Positions 52,474-64,000 of a stretch of DNA of 64,000 bases are shown piece after piece (position 1 is the stretch's first letter; each line of letters begins with the position of its first letter). Where the stretch lies: contig OX597819.1 in assembly GCA_951406725.2 (NCBI GenBank), positions 70,184,001 through 70,248,000 of the forward strand. Direction: 5' to 3'. Source of the DNA: Octopus vulgaris. Its lineage: Eukaryota. A model generated the notes under the pieces. The model had not been told where the DNA came from, made no database searches, and saw only the letters and a program-made list of their open reading frames with translations. The position numbers and the translations under genes are program-made.

Positions 52474-54825
52474 CGCCCACATCTACAACAGTGCACTTAA
52501 CATGTATGTATATCTACGTCCATACATCCATATTTACACTCATATATACATACACACATACACATGCTTATATACATACAAAAAAAACATACCTACATGA
52601 TACATACATACATACATACACACACACATACTCCAGCTTCTATATCCAGATAATAAATTCTCATTTACACCAATTGTAACTAGGGCACTTGGTTTTGTGG
52701 ATAAAAGTGTAAGCGACAATCTAGATAAGCTGTGGTTTTCAGAGAAATAAAAAAGAAAATCAGCAGGCTAATTTGCACATTACAAGTACCACCTGTAAGT
52801 GGAACAGTAAAAATATGCAAGGCCTTGTCAAGTTTAAAGCTAATTTGTTTCTGTTATCTACATTCTAGCAATGGAACTTTGTATCTTTGTTAGAAACCAG
52901 CTCCTTCCTCAAGGGAAGATTTCAGATAATTGAAAACTGAAGAGAACATTCAGATATATGTGTGTCTGTGTGTGCGCGAGCATGTGAATATATATACATA
53001 CATATATATATATATATGCTAGCATGGAAAACGGAAGTTAAATGATGATGATGATGAGATATATATATATATATATGTATGTATATACATACATATAATG
53101 CAATGGAATCTCCTATCGAATATGATGTATGAGTGTTCAGGTGCTACTGAATGACAACCACAAAATGACCACCACTTTTAAGTAACAGGTGCAGGCATGG
53201 CTGTAAGGCAAGAAGTTTGCTTTCCAACTGCATGGTTCCAAGTTCAGTTCCTTTGTGTGGCACCTTGGGCTAGTGTTTTCTACTATATAGCCTCAGGCTA
53301 GCCAATACCTTGTGAGTGGATTTGGTAGACAGAAACTGAAAGAAGCCCAAAGTACATAAACACGCACACATGTGTGTGTATGCACATGTGTGTGTGAGTG
53401 TGTACATGTGTGTAAGTACATGTGTGTAAGTACATGTGTGTGTGTACATGTGTGTGTAAGTGTACATGTGTGTCTGTGTTTGTTCCCCATCACTGCTTGA
53501 CAGCTGGTGTTGGTATGTTTACATCCCTGTATATTAGCAGTTTAGCAAAAATGACCAATAGAATAAGCACCATGCTTTAAAAAAAAATAGCTACTGGCAT
53601 CAATTTCTTTGACTAACTTCATTAAGGTAGTGCCCCAGCATGGCCACAGTCTAATGACTGAATCAAGTAGGAAGTAAAAAATAAAATATGTTTATGTCAT
53701 AATCAACAAAAGGCACTAATCTTTAATTAGTGGCCAATAATACACATTAATTATCTGCAGTGATTATTTCATCTGTCTTTACGTTCTAAGTTAAAATTCC
53801 ATCATGGTCAACTTTGCCTTTTATCCTTTTGGGGGTCAATAAAATAAGCACCAGCTGAGCGCTGAGATGGATTTAATTAACTTCCTCCTTCCTCGAAATT
53901 GCTGGCCTTGTGCCAAAATTGGAAATCAGTTAATTGCAGGGATCAATTTCCTTGTGCTATCTTCATTACATTATCCACCAAGATGTGCATAGAAGATTCC
54001 TAACCATTGTGTTCAATGAACATTGTTCCATTGGTTTATTGACTGTGCATTTGTATATGTGAAGGCGCGTGACCCAATGGTTAGGGTGCTGCATTCAAGA
54101 TTGCAAGATTGTGGTTTCAATTCTTGGGTTAGGAGGTCCGTTGTGTTTTTAAGCGAGATACTTCTTTTAACATTGCTCCAGTCTTCTGAGATGTAATGAC
54201 AATCTGGTCACAGAATATCTGCCTTGACAAATTCCATCTAACCCATGATCATGATCTTAATGATAATGACGTGTGTGTGTGTGTGCGTTAGTGTGTGCCT
54301 GTATGCATGCACATATGTGTCTGCATGCATGTGTGTATACATGTGTGTGTACATATGTGAGTGTGCATGTGTGTGTGGGTGTGTCTGTGCATGAAACATT
54401 GCTTCCCTTTATATCTGTCCCTACTGGAGGCACAAGACCTCAAATTTGGTGGTGAGCCAGTCGATTACATCGACTCCTCACCCCCAGTGTTTCACTGGTA
54501 CTTATTTTATCAACCCCAAAAGGATGAAAGCAAAGTCGACCTTGGCAGAATTTGAAGTCAGAATGTCAAGGCAGATGAAATACCTATTTCTTTATTGCCC
54601 ACAAGGGGCTAAACACAGAGGGGACAAACAAGAACAGACAAAGGGATTAAGTCGATTACATCGACCCCAGTGTGTAACTGGTACTTAATTTATCGACCCC
54701 GAAAGGATGAAAGGCAAAGTCGACCTCGGCAGCATTTGAACTTGGAACGTAACGACAAACGAAATACTGCTAAGCATTTCGTCCAGTGTGCTAATGATTC
54801 AGCCAGCTCACTGCCTTACTTGATG

Positions 54826-54885
<60 letters not shown>

Positions 54886-55174
54886 GTAATAATAATGATC
54901 ATGTTGATGATGATGATAATAGTAATAATAATAATGATGATCATGATGATAATAACAATAATGATAATACTTTCTACAATACATTCAAGGCCTGAAATTT
55001 TGTGGGAGAGGGCCAGTCGATTAGATTGACCCCAGTATGCAACTGCTACTTAATTTATCGACTCCTAAAGGATGAAAAGTAAAGTTGACCTTGACGGAAT
55101 TTGAACTTAGAACGTAGTGGTAGACGAAATACCACTAAGCATTTCACCTGGCATGCTAACGTTTCTGCCAGCTC

Positions 55175-55490
55175 AACACTCTGTCGGTTACAACAACGAG
55201 GGTTCCAGGTGATTTGATCAACAGAACAGCCTGCTCATGTAATTAACAAGCCAGTGGCTGAGCATCCCACAGACATACATACCCTTAATGTAGTTCACAA
55301 AGAGACTCAGCATGACACAGAATGTGACAAGGCTGGCCCTTTGAAATACAGATACAACTCATTTTTGCCAGCTGAGTGGATTGGAGAAATATGAAATAAA
55401 GTGTCTTGCTCAAGGACACACATGCTGCAGGGAATCAAATTCTTGGCCTCATGATTGTGGGTCAAAACACCCTAACCATTAAGCTACACA
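55175..55490 (-). mobile_element. tRNA/CORE-like SINE, third family; related heads at 25480-25640 (+) and 54063-54270 (+)
   Basis: Minus strand gtgtagcttaatggttagggtg..tttgattccc..gtgtccttgagcaagacacttt. Confidence 0.7.
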
Positions 55491-56009
55491 TATCTCTCAC
55501 AACACACACACACATATTTACACAAGTGACTTCTTTCAGTTTCTGTCAGCCAAATCCACTCACGAGGTTTTGGTAGACCCAAGGCTTTGGTAGAATATAT
55601 TTGCCTGAGGTACTGCACAATGGGACTGAACATGGAACCAGATGGCTGGGAAGCAAACACTGCATCCACACAGCCATGACTATGCTTAGCCATGCTCATC
55701 ACATGATTGCCTAAAATGCCTCAAATCAGTGCTCCAACATACACACAATCCAGTGACTAAATCTGGTAACCCAAAAAGACAATAAATATACTAAAATAAC
55801 GAAAATAGACCCAGAGTCAGCAAAAAAAAAACAACTGAAAAAATCAGAGCATGACATTAAGAAGAGCAAGAAGAATTATACCAATCACTGAACTAGAAAC
55901 ATAGCTTTGATGGCAATTTTTTTGTATTCAATTTCATGAAGATTTTTTTTTTTAGATAATTATTCACAAGGAGTTGGTTATTTTAGTGAAGATAATAACA
56001 CTAATAATA

Positions 56010-56044
<35 letters not shown>

Positions 56045-56140
56045 AATGAGGAGAAAGAGGAGGTGAAGGAGGACATTAATGTTTTGTTTTATTAACCAGT
56101 AAGGGTTCAATAATAATAACAACAACAACAACAATAATGA

Positions 56141-56187
<47 letters not shown>

Positions 56188-56539
56188 AGAAGAAGAAGAA
56201 GACTAATAGAAGTATGTGTTCCCACTGATAAAAATAAAAATAATAATAATAATAATTTGCCATTGTTCTTATCTAGCAAGGTGTGTTCATGGCACTGGAT
56301 CGCCATTTGCTTCATATCAACAGACCACTTGTGTTTTCAAGCACATTGCATAATTTGACCCATACAAGGACTGTGTCTGGTAGTATGGCTAGCAGTTGGT
56401 AGATTAGGACTGGGCTCACCCTGCTGGGTGTGGCACCTTTACCATTGGTTCTAGTCATGTTCACACTGTTATCGTCATTTATTTTTCTTGGCATTTTCAC
56501 TCACAAATGAAGTGTATTTTTAGGTTACTACCAACCAGT

Positions 56540-56998
56540 ATTTTTATTGAGACACCATCTCTATCAAGAGGGTCCGCAAAGGCAGCTGGGTCTTTGCTCC
56601 CTTGGGTTTGGGCTTGGAGTGTTCCTTCTCCCAAGCTGCCTGCTACACAAGGCTAATGAGTACAGCCTACTCGGAGCACTGGCTATTTGGAAGCACCCGA
56701 TACTCGCCCTTCCCCAAACTACTGTTGGTTTCGCAAAGAAATCGGGCTTGACCATTCTGACTAAGGAGACCTATGTAGTCCAGTTTTAAAATCAGAGTAT
56801 TCCTTCTCCTAGACAGACTGCCAACCAAGGCTCACGAGTTCTGTCTACCCATTTTTGGAATGGCTATTAACTCATTTAAGTTCTTCTGCCCTTTGCCAGG
56901 TTTTGTTTTTAATTCTGCAGGGTGTCAAAAAATCCACCCTCCTCACCAAGCAGGCTTAGTAGGATTGCCTGTTTAGTCACCGATGACTCACTCGATGG
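56540..56998 (-). mobile_element. RTE-type 5' UTR relic with the 3' half of an HDV-like ribozyme
   Basis: ccttggttggcagtctgtctaggagaaggaatactctga motif (duplicated); ccatcga-gtg-agtcatc-GG-tga-CTAA-acagg at 56998-56968. Confidence 0.5.
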
Positions 56999-57300
56999 TT
57001 TCACAACACCACTTGTTAATCATTCTGGGTAACTATTGTTCACTATTATAATTTCAGTATTACTACTATAATCCCTATCTTATTTACTAGTTCACTACAA
57101 TATTTTCACAATTATTGCTATAAGGCCGAGGGATCCTAATATTGTCTCCCCTGATTTCTTTAGACAACAAATGATGGCAGACTCATGACTGCTGCTGACG
57201 TTGAGGTGTTAAAGGGAGGAGCAGATCTGTGACTATCAACAGAGGCTGTTTGATTGGACTGCTACATGACATAGCTGACAGTCACTTTAGATCAGGTGGG

Positions 57301-57882
57301 TGAGAATTTTAAGAGTATCTTTGGCAAGTTGGGACTAACTATCATAGCTAAGATATTGACATTTATAAACAACATCTTACAGTTTTAAGAAACCATATAG
57401 TATTCTATTTATAAACCCTTCATTGTATTTAAGATTATAATGTCTATAAAACATAACCATTTCAAAGTTTAGGTAGTACTAGAAATAGCTTACTTGTTTT
57501 TTTTGGGGGGGACCTGTTAAGTGACCATGTCATTGTTTGAATGATTTCAGCAGCACTGAGAACCCATTGGAAGAGGAGAGAGAGAAAAAGGACACAAAGA
57601 GGGGGGCAGGCAAGCTCACCAAAATTCCATGTTGGCGAATTTATGTATAGATTTTGTGGGGAGGACCTAGCATAGATAAGATATGGAAATTTATGAAATT
57701 TTAAAGAGTATCTTGAGCAAGTTGGGATTATCATAGCTAGGATATCAAAGTTTATAGACAACATCTTACAGTTTTAAGAAGCCATGTAGTATTCTGTCTA
57801 TAAACCCTTCATCATATTTAAGAATATAATGTCTATAAACATAACCATCTCAAAGTTTAAGTAAACCTAGAAAGTACTAGAA
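57301..57882. repeat. Diverged direct repeat pair (~185 bp, period ~390)
   Basis: aagagtatctt..gcaagttggga..tatcatagcta.gatat..caacatcttacagttttaagaa..taaacccttcat..aaccat.tcaaagttta occurs twice. Confidence 0.85.
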
Positions 57883-58855
57883 AAAAAATTAAAGAAAACC
57901 AACCCATTACTTGTCTTAACCGCCAATGGAAAGTTTTAACAGGTACCCTCGCAGGGAAAATATATATGCTCCTTGCAGAGCATGATTGTTGCCAGGGCCT
58001 CTGACTGGCTCCCATGCCAGTGGCACATAAAAAGCACCATTCAAGCATGATCGTTGCCAGCATCACATTACTGGCACATGTGCCGTTGGCACCTGAAAAG
58101 CATCTGAGCATAGTCATTACCAGTGCTGCCAGACTGGCTCCTGTGCAAGTGGCACATAAAAACACCATTTGTGAGTGACTATTGTCTGTACTGCCTGACT
58201 GGCCCTCGTGCTGGTGACACATAAAAGCACCCACTACACTCATGGAGTGGTTGGTGTTAGGAAGGGCATCCAGCTGTAGAAATTTTGCCATCTAACCCAT
58301 GCCAACATGAAAGCGGACATTAAATGACGACGACAATGATGATGATGATTATTATCATCATTATCATTAGGCGGCGAATTGGCAGAAACGTTAGCACGCC
58401 AGGTGAAATGCTTAGTGGTATTTTGTCTGTCTTTATGTTCTTAGTTCAAATTCCATTGAGGTTGACTTTGCCTTTCATCCTTTCAGGGTTGATAAATTAA
58501 GTACCAGTTGAGCACTGGAGTTGATCTAATCGACTGGACCCACCTCCCCAAAACTTTTAGGCCTTGTGCCTAGCGTAGAAAAGATTATTATTATCATTAT
58601 TATTATAATTGTTGTTGTTGCTGCTGTTGTTATTAGTTGAGAGGGCAGCAAATATTATCAAAGTGACATTGAGGTACAAATATACGAAGCCCAACACACC
58701 CATCATGACTGCCCACTTGTCTGATAAGGGTGCACCAGGCTTATTCAGCACAACCATATGTGCATGACATGGTGACCTCATATCAAAATAAACAGCACAT
58801 GACGTTGCAGGTCAATTATTATTATTATTATTATTATCATTATTCATCATCATCA

Positions 58856-58904
<49 letters not shown>

Positions 58905-59619
58905 GGCTCTGTGTGTGTATAGTCATTAGAGCATTTGAGAAAATTTAATGAAGCAAAAATCTCTTTAAACTCAAGAAACTACTTGTATAATAAACTAGTG
59001 GTTTTCAATGTGTTAACATTACTGTCACACCCATAATTGTTGCTGTTGTTGCTGCTGCTGCTGATGTAGTTGTTATTTTCATCTTGAATTTTTGTGGACC
59101 TTAAGTCGACATGAAGAGATTTAATAAAAGCTATTTTTGTTATTTTCCTAATACTTCACACCAACACAACTACAGGGTTAAATTCAACATGCTTAGTAAA
59201 AGAGATATTTTCACACTCATGCACACAACTATCTACCTGTCTGTCTGTCTATATATCACCATCATCATCATCATCGTTTGATGTCTGTTTTCCATGCTGG
59301 CATGGGTTGGACGGTTTGACTGGGGTGTAGCAATGTTTCTACAGCTGGATGCTCTTCCTAATGCCAACCACTCCAAAAGTGTAGTGGGTGCATTTTACAT
59401 GGGAGCATTGGCCACGTTTGGATGGTGCTTTTTACATGTTACTGATACAGGAGCCAGTCTGAGTGGTGTGGCTGGCATCAGCCATGTTTGGATGGTGCTT
59501 TTTATGTGCCACTGATACAGGAGCCAATCAGGACAAGGGGGCTGGCATCGGATGCATTCGGATGGTGCTTTTTATGTGCCACTGGCAGCCTCATTTAGCG
59601 CAAGTGAGCCATCATCCAT

Positions 59620-60322
59620 GCGAACATATTTCTCTCCTACAACATCACGATTTTCTCTCACACACTATCTTGCAACACGAAATACCTCAAATCTTTGGTT
59701 CTCATGGTGCAGAACATTGGCAATTTTTTTCTTATCTGCTTCCCCTCTGGTTAAATAAACTTGCCCCCTAGCTTCCCTTCTGGCAGTCTGATACAATTCC
59801 CTGCTACCACCCTTCTTCCAGTCCTTCCAAGCCTGTTTCTTTTCTCTAATAGCCCTGTCAATAACATTGTTCCACCACCACGTTATTTTGGGTTAAGAGG
59901 GAACTTTGCACCATCCACAGATCTGGTCAGTGGCCCTTAGCAGGTTGTCCCATAGAAGCCTCCAGTTGTCTTCTACACCATGTGAAGCTATATCCCCTTC
60001 TATTTCGTCAAAGGCTTCGAGTAATATGTCTCTAAATCTCTATCCATTTGCAAGATCTTTAAGTCTCCAGACCCTTCTTCTCCTTGCTGGTCATCTTCTG
60101 GGCATCCATTTAGCCCTTATCCTGAAGTCACTAACTACCAGTCTATGTTGTGGGGTACATTCTTCGCCTGGGAAGCTTTTGGCATTTATAAGTAGCCATC
60201 TTTCTTTTTTTTCTGGTGAGGATGTAGTCAATTTGACTAGTGTGTCTGCCAGAGCAGTAGGTGACTAGGTGACTGGCAGGTTTTCTGAAGTTAATATTGC
60301 AGACCATAAGATCATTTGCATC

Positions 60323-60325
<3 letters not shown>
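59620..60325 (-). mobile_element. RTE LINE internal fragment (APE endonuclease C-terminus and linker)
   Basis: NDLMVCNINFRKPASHLVTYCSGRHTSQIDYIL; downstream WWN motif (tggtggaac). Confidence 0.85.
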
Positions 60326-60398
<73 letters not shown>

Positions 60399-60498
60399 TT
60401 GAAAAGATTTGTAGAGGTAACACACAAGTAAGTAGATATTTATGAAAAACAAGAACGAAAATACTACTTTCTTAAAATTGAGTACATTTTAATTTTCC

Positions 60499-60536
60499 TT
60501 TTACATGTTTCGGTTTTTGAAAAACCTTATCAAAAA
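60499..60536 (-). ncRNA. Minimal type I hammerhead with U3-A8 compensatory core
   Basis: ttt-TTGATAA-ggtttt tca aaaacc-GAAA-catg-TA-aaa. Confidence 0.6.
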
Positions 60537-60898
60537 TATATACTAAAATGGAATATGCAAAGAGAAAAGAACTATTAAAAAAATTAAATTATAATTAAAA
60601 TTAACATTCAGTTTACTTTCCTTTTTCCTGCAAGAAACACGTGATAATGTCCTTTGGTTCTGGTAGCATGACTGTTCAACTGACTGTGACTATAAATTAC
60701 TACTATATATATATATAAACACAGATATATACACACACGACAAGCTTCTTTTAATTTCCATCTACCAAATCCACACACAAGGCTTTGGTTGGCCCGAGGC
60801 TATAGTAAAAGACACTTGCTCAAGGTGCCACACAGTGGGACTGAACCCAGAACCATGTGATTGGAAAGCAAGTTTCTTACCACATAGCCACGTCTGCG

Positions 60899-61042
<144 letters not shown>

Positions 61043-61061
61043 GTACATATATATATATATA

Positions 61062-61184
<123 letters not shown>

Positions 61185-61196
61185 TATATATATATA

Positions 61197-61295
<99 letters not shown>

Positions 61296-61932
61296 ATGTA
61301 TGTATGTATATATATGTATGTATGTATATATATGTATGTATGTATGTATGTATATGTATGTATGTATGTATATGTATGTATGTATATATAACAAAGTGGA
61401 GTTGTGGGGTACATATATATATATATATATACACATGCACACAACATTCACAGAATACACATGCATATACACACACAATATACTACAGTCTTTTGTCTAC
61501 CGGATTCCTCTCACAAGTTATTGTATAAATTATATATATATATATGTATATATCGTATATAATTATACATATATATAGTAAATATAATTACATATTCTGT
61601 GTTGAACTTGTTTGACAAGTGATCTGATGTGAAATCAAGTGTTTGTACCATGGTAGACTTAGGTTACCCATCAATATACATATAAATATGCGTGTGTGTG
61701 TATGTGTGTATATCATTATATACGCTTGTTGTTTTTTATTATTTCATAATAATAATAGCATTATACATCATTAAGTTATGAAAGTCTTTTATCATAATCT
61801 GTAACCTGGTTACTCAAGTTGAATGTCAGTGACCAGACTAGCAGTATAGAACAATAAAAAAAAAAAAATAGAAAACAAATAATCGTGATATTATACACAC
61901 ACACACACACACATATATATCTGTATATAGAT

Positions 61933-62320
61933 ACTAGCAGTATCGCCCAGCGTTGCTCGGGTTTGTTTCAACCCTTTAGAATTGGAATTCTCAAAAAGTA
62001 AAAAATTTGCATTATGTAGCCTGTTATCCTCTTTGAGTGAACATTTTTCTGGTTGAAATACACTGAAAAGTGGAGACACAGCAGTCAAAAAATCGTAAAA
62101 AATAGGGATTTTCATAGAAAAAAGCACCTTTTTGATGTAAATAATCTTTGGTGTTAACATGGTCTGATTTGAATTTTTTCTTCTATGGAAGGAAGAGCAA
62201 GCCTTCTATCATACTCTCAATTTTGGTCAACTTGCGCCGCAGGGTCTCGGAGGAGATAGTGTTAATTGAAGGCTACCAAACCTGCCATACACAGACAACT
62301 TCAGCTTTATATATATAGAT
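61933..62320 (+). mobile_element. Helentron/Helitron-like non-autonomous element
   Basis: actagcagtatcgcccagcgttgctcggg start with hairpin; ends cagctttatatatatagat; homolog at 26931-27175. Confidence 0.6.
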
Positions 62321-62367
62321 ATATATATACACACATATAGATACATATACATATATATATGTGTATG

Positions 62368-62407
<40 letters not shown>

Positions 62408-62669
62408 TATATACATACATATATACACACACACACATAATATATATATACATAATATATACACACACAGGCACACACATATATACATACACATATATAT
62501 ATATATATACATACATACATACATACATACATGCATACATATATATCATTATCATCATCGTTTAACGCCTGTTTTCCATGCTGGCATGGGTTGGACGGTT
62601 ACTGAGGTCTGGATCTCCAGTGGCTGCACCAGGTTACATGCACACACACACATATATATGCATGCATGC

Positions 62670-62700
<31 letters not shown>

Positions 62701-64000
62701 CATACATACATACATACATACATACATACATACATACATACATACATACATACATGTTAACAACTGTAAGGAGGTGCTTTATCCATTCACATAGTGAATG
62801 AAGCCTTGGCCAGGAGGAACTGATGTCGTCAGATGGTATCCATCATTCATCAGGTGTTTCGACCCTGAACCGTAACACCTTCCCATTGGTGGGTCAGTAA
62901 AGGTAGCCAAGTGTCTGCTCCTCAACTCCTCCCAGCTTCCAACTTAACTCTTTTCTCTTACACCAAAGCCAGCAAAGAGGCTCTTTCAGCTGCCTCTCCC
63001 TTCTTGTGCACAGCCAAACTTTGCTTCTTACCTCTCATTTTATTTATTTTATTTTAGAAAATATTTAGTTTGATAAAGCGTACAGATGAAAACGTTACAA
63101 ATTATCATGTTCTCTTTGGTTGTGCGATGTAATATGCTTGAGAAAACCTGTTGAGTCAAGTAAAACCAATATTGTAGCTGTGGCCAGTGCCCCCTGACTG
63201 GCTCCCATGCCAGTGGTACATAAAAAGAACCATCCAAATGTGGTCGATCCCAGGTCCGCCTGACTGGCTTCCATGCCAGTGGCACATAAAAAGCACCATC
63301 TGAACGTGGCCGATGCCAGTATCCCTGATTGGCCCCATGCCGGTGACACGTAAAAAGCACTATCCAAACATGATCGATGCCAGGCCTGCCTGACTGGTTC
63401 CTGTGCCAGTAGCACATAAAAAGCACCCACTACACTCTTGGAGTTGTTGGCATTAGGAAGGGTACCAGCTGTAGAAATATTGCCAGACCAGATTGGAGCC
63501 TGGTGCAGCCGCTGGCTTCCCAGACCTCAGTCAAACCATCTAACCCATGCCAGCATGGAAAGCAGACATATGATGATGATGATGTTGATACACTCTCTTT
63601 TACGCTTTTACTTGTTTCAGTCATTTGACTGTGGCCATGCTGGAGCACCGCCTTTAGTTGATGAAATCGACCCCAGGACTTATTCTTTGTAAGCCTAGTA
63701 CTTATTCTATTGGTCTCTTTTGCCGAACTGCTAAGTTACGGGGACATAGACACACCAGCATCGGTTGTCAAGCGATTGTGGGGGACAAACACAGACACAC
63801 AAACGTATACACACACACATACATATATTCATACATATATACGACAGGCTTCTTTCAGTTTCTGTCTACCAAATCCACTCACAAGGCTTTGGTCAGTCTA
63901 AGGCTATAGTAGAAGACACTTGCCCAAGGTGCCATGCAGTGGGACTGAATGCAGAACCATGTGGTTCGTCAACAAGCTACTTACCACATAGCCACTCCTA

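Noticed and set aside
62815-62885. CTGATGA with nearby hairpins (minus strand)
   Set aside because: No GAAA after helix II and no valid cleavage triplet in any permutation

Overview
This is eukaryotic, AT-rich animal DNA saturated with microsatellites. The SINE families resemble those of octopus or other coleoid cephalopods (inferred from repeat recall, not a database search). Nearly all ORFs in the track are microsatellite artefacts. The only convincing host coding sequence is one 2.5-kb minus-strand exon (31033->28517, strong acceptor and donor, phase 0-0) encoding a disordered Lys/Glu- and Ser/Thr-rich region of an unidentified protein. The rest is intronic or intergenic and packed with mobile elements: tRNA-derived SINEs (CORE-like and Nin/Deu-like), RTE LINE fragments, R4/Dong-like and CRE-like RLE LINE relics, mariner/Tc1 deletion derivatives, hAT- and piggyBac-like MITEs, Helentron-like elements and a Penelope ORF fragment. 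The most striking hidden signal is about 15 sequence-diverse type I hammerhead-ribozyme motifs, many with palindromic helix III and embedded in (TA)n tracts. They include one canonical copy, core variants (U3-A8, U4C), a 337-bp retrozyme-like monomer, fold-back inverted pairs and a tRNA/Pol III head fused to a hammerhead. Half of an HDV-like ribozyme is also present. All structures were folded by eye and need Infernal and in vitro confirmation.
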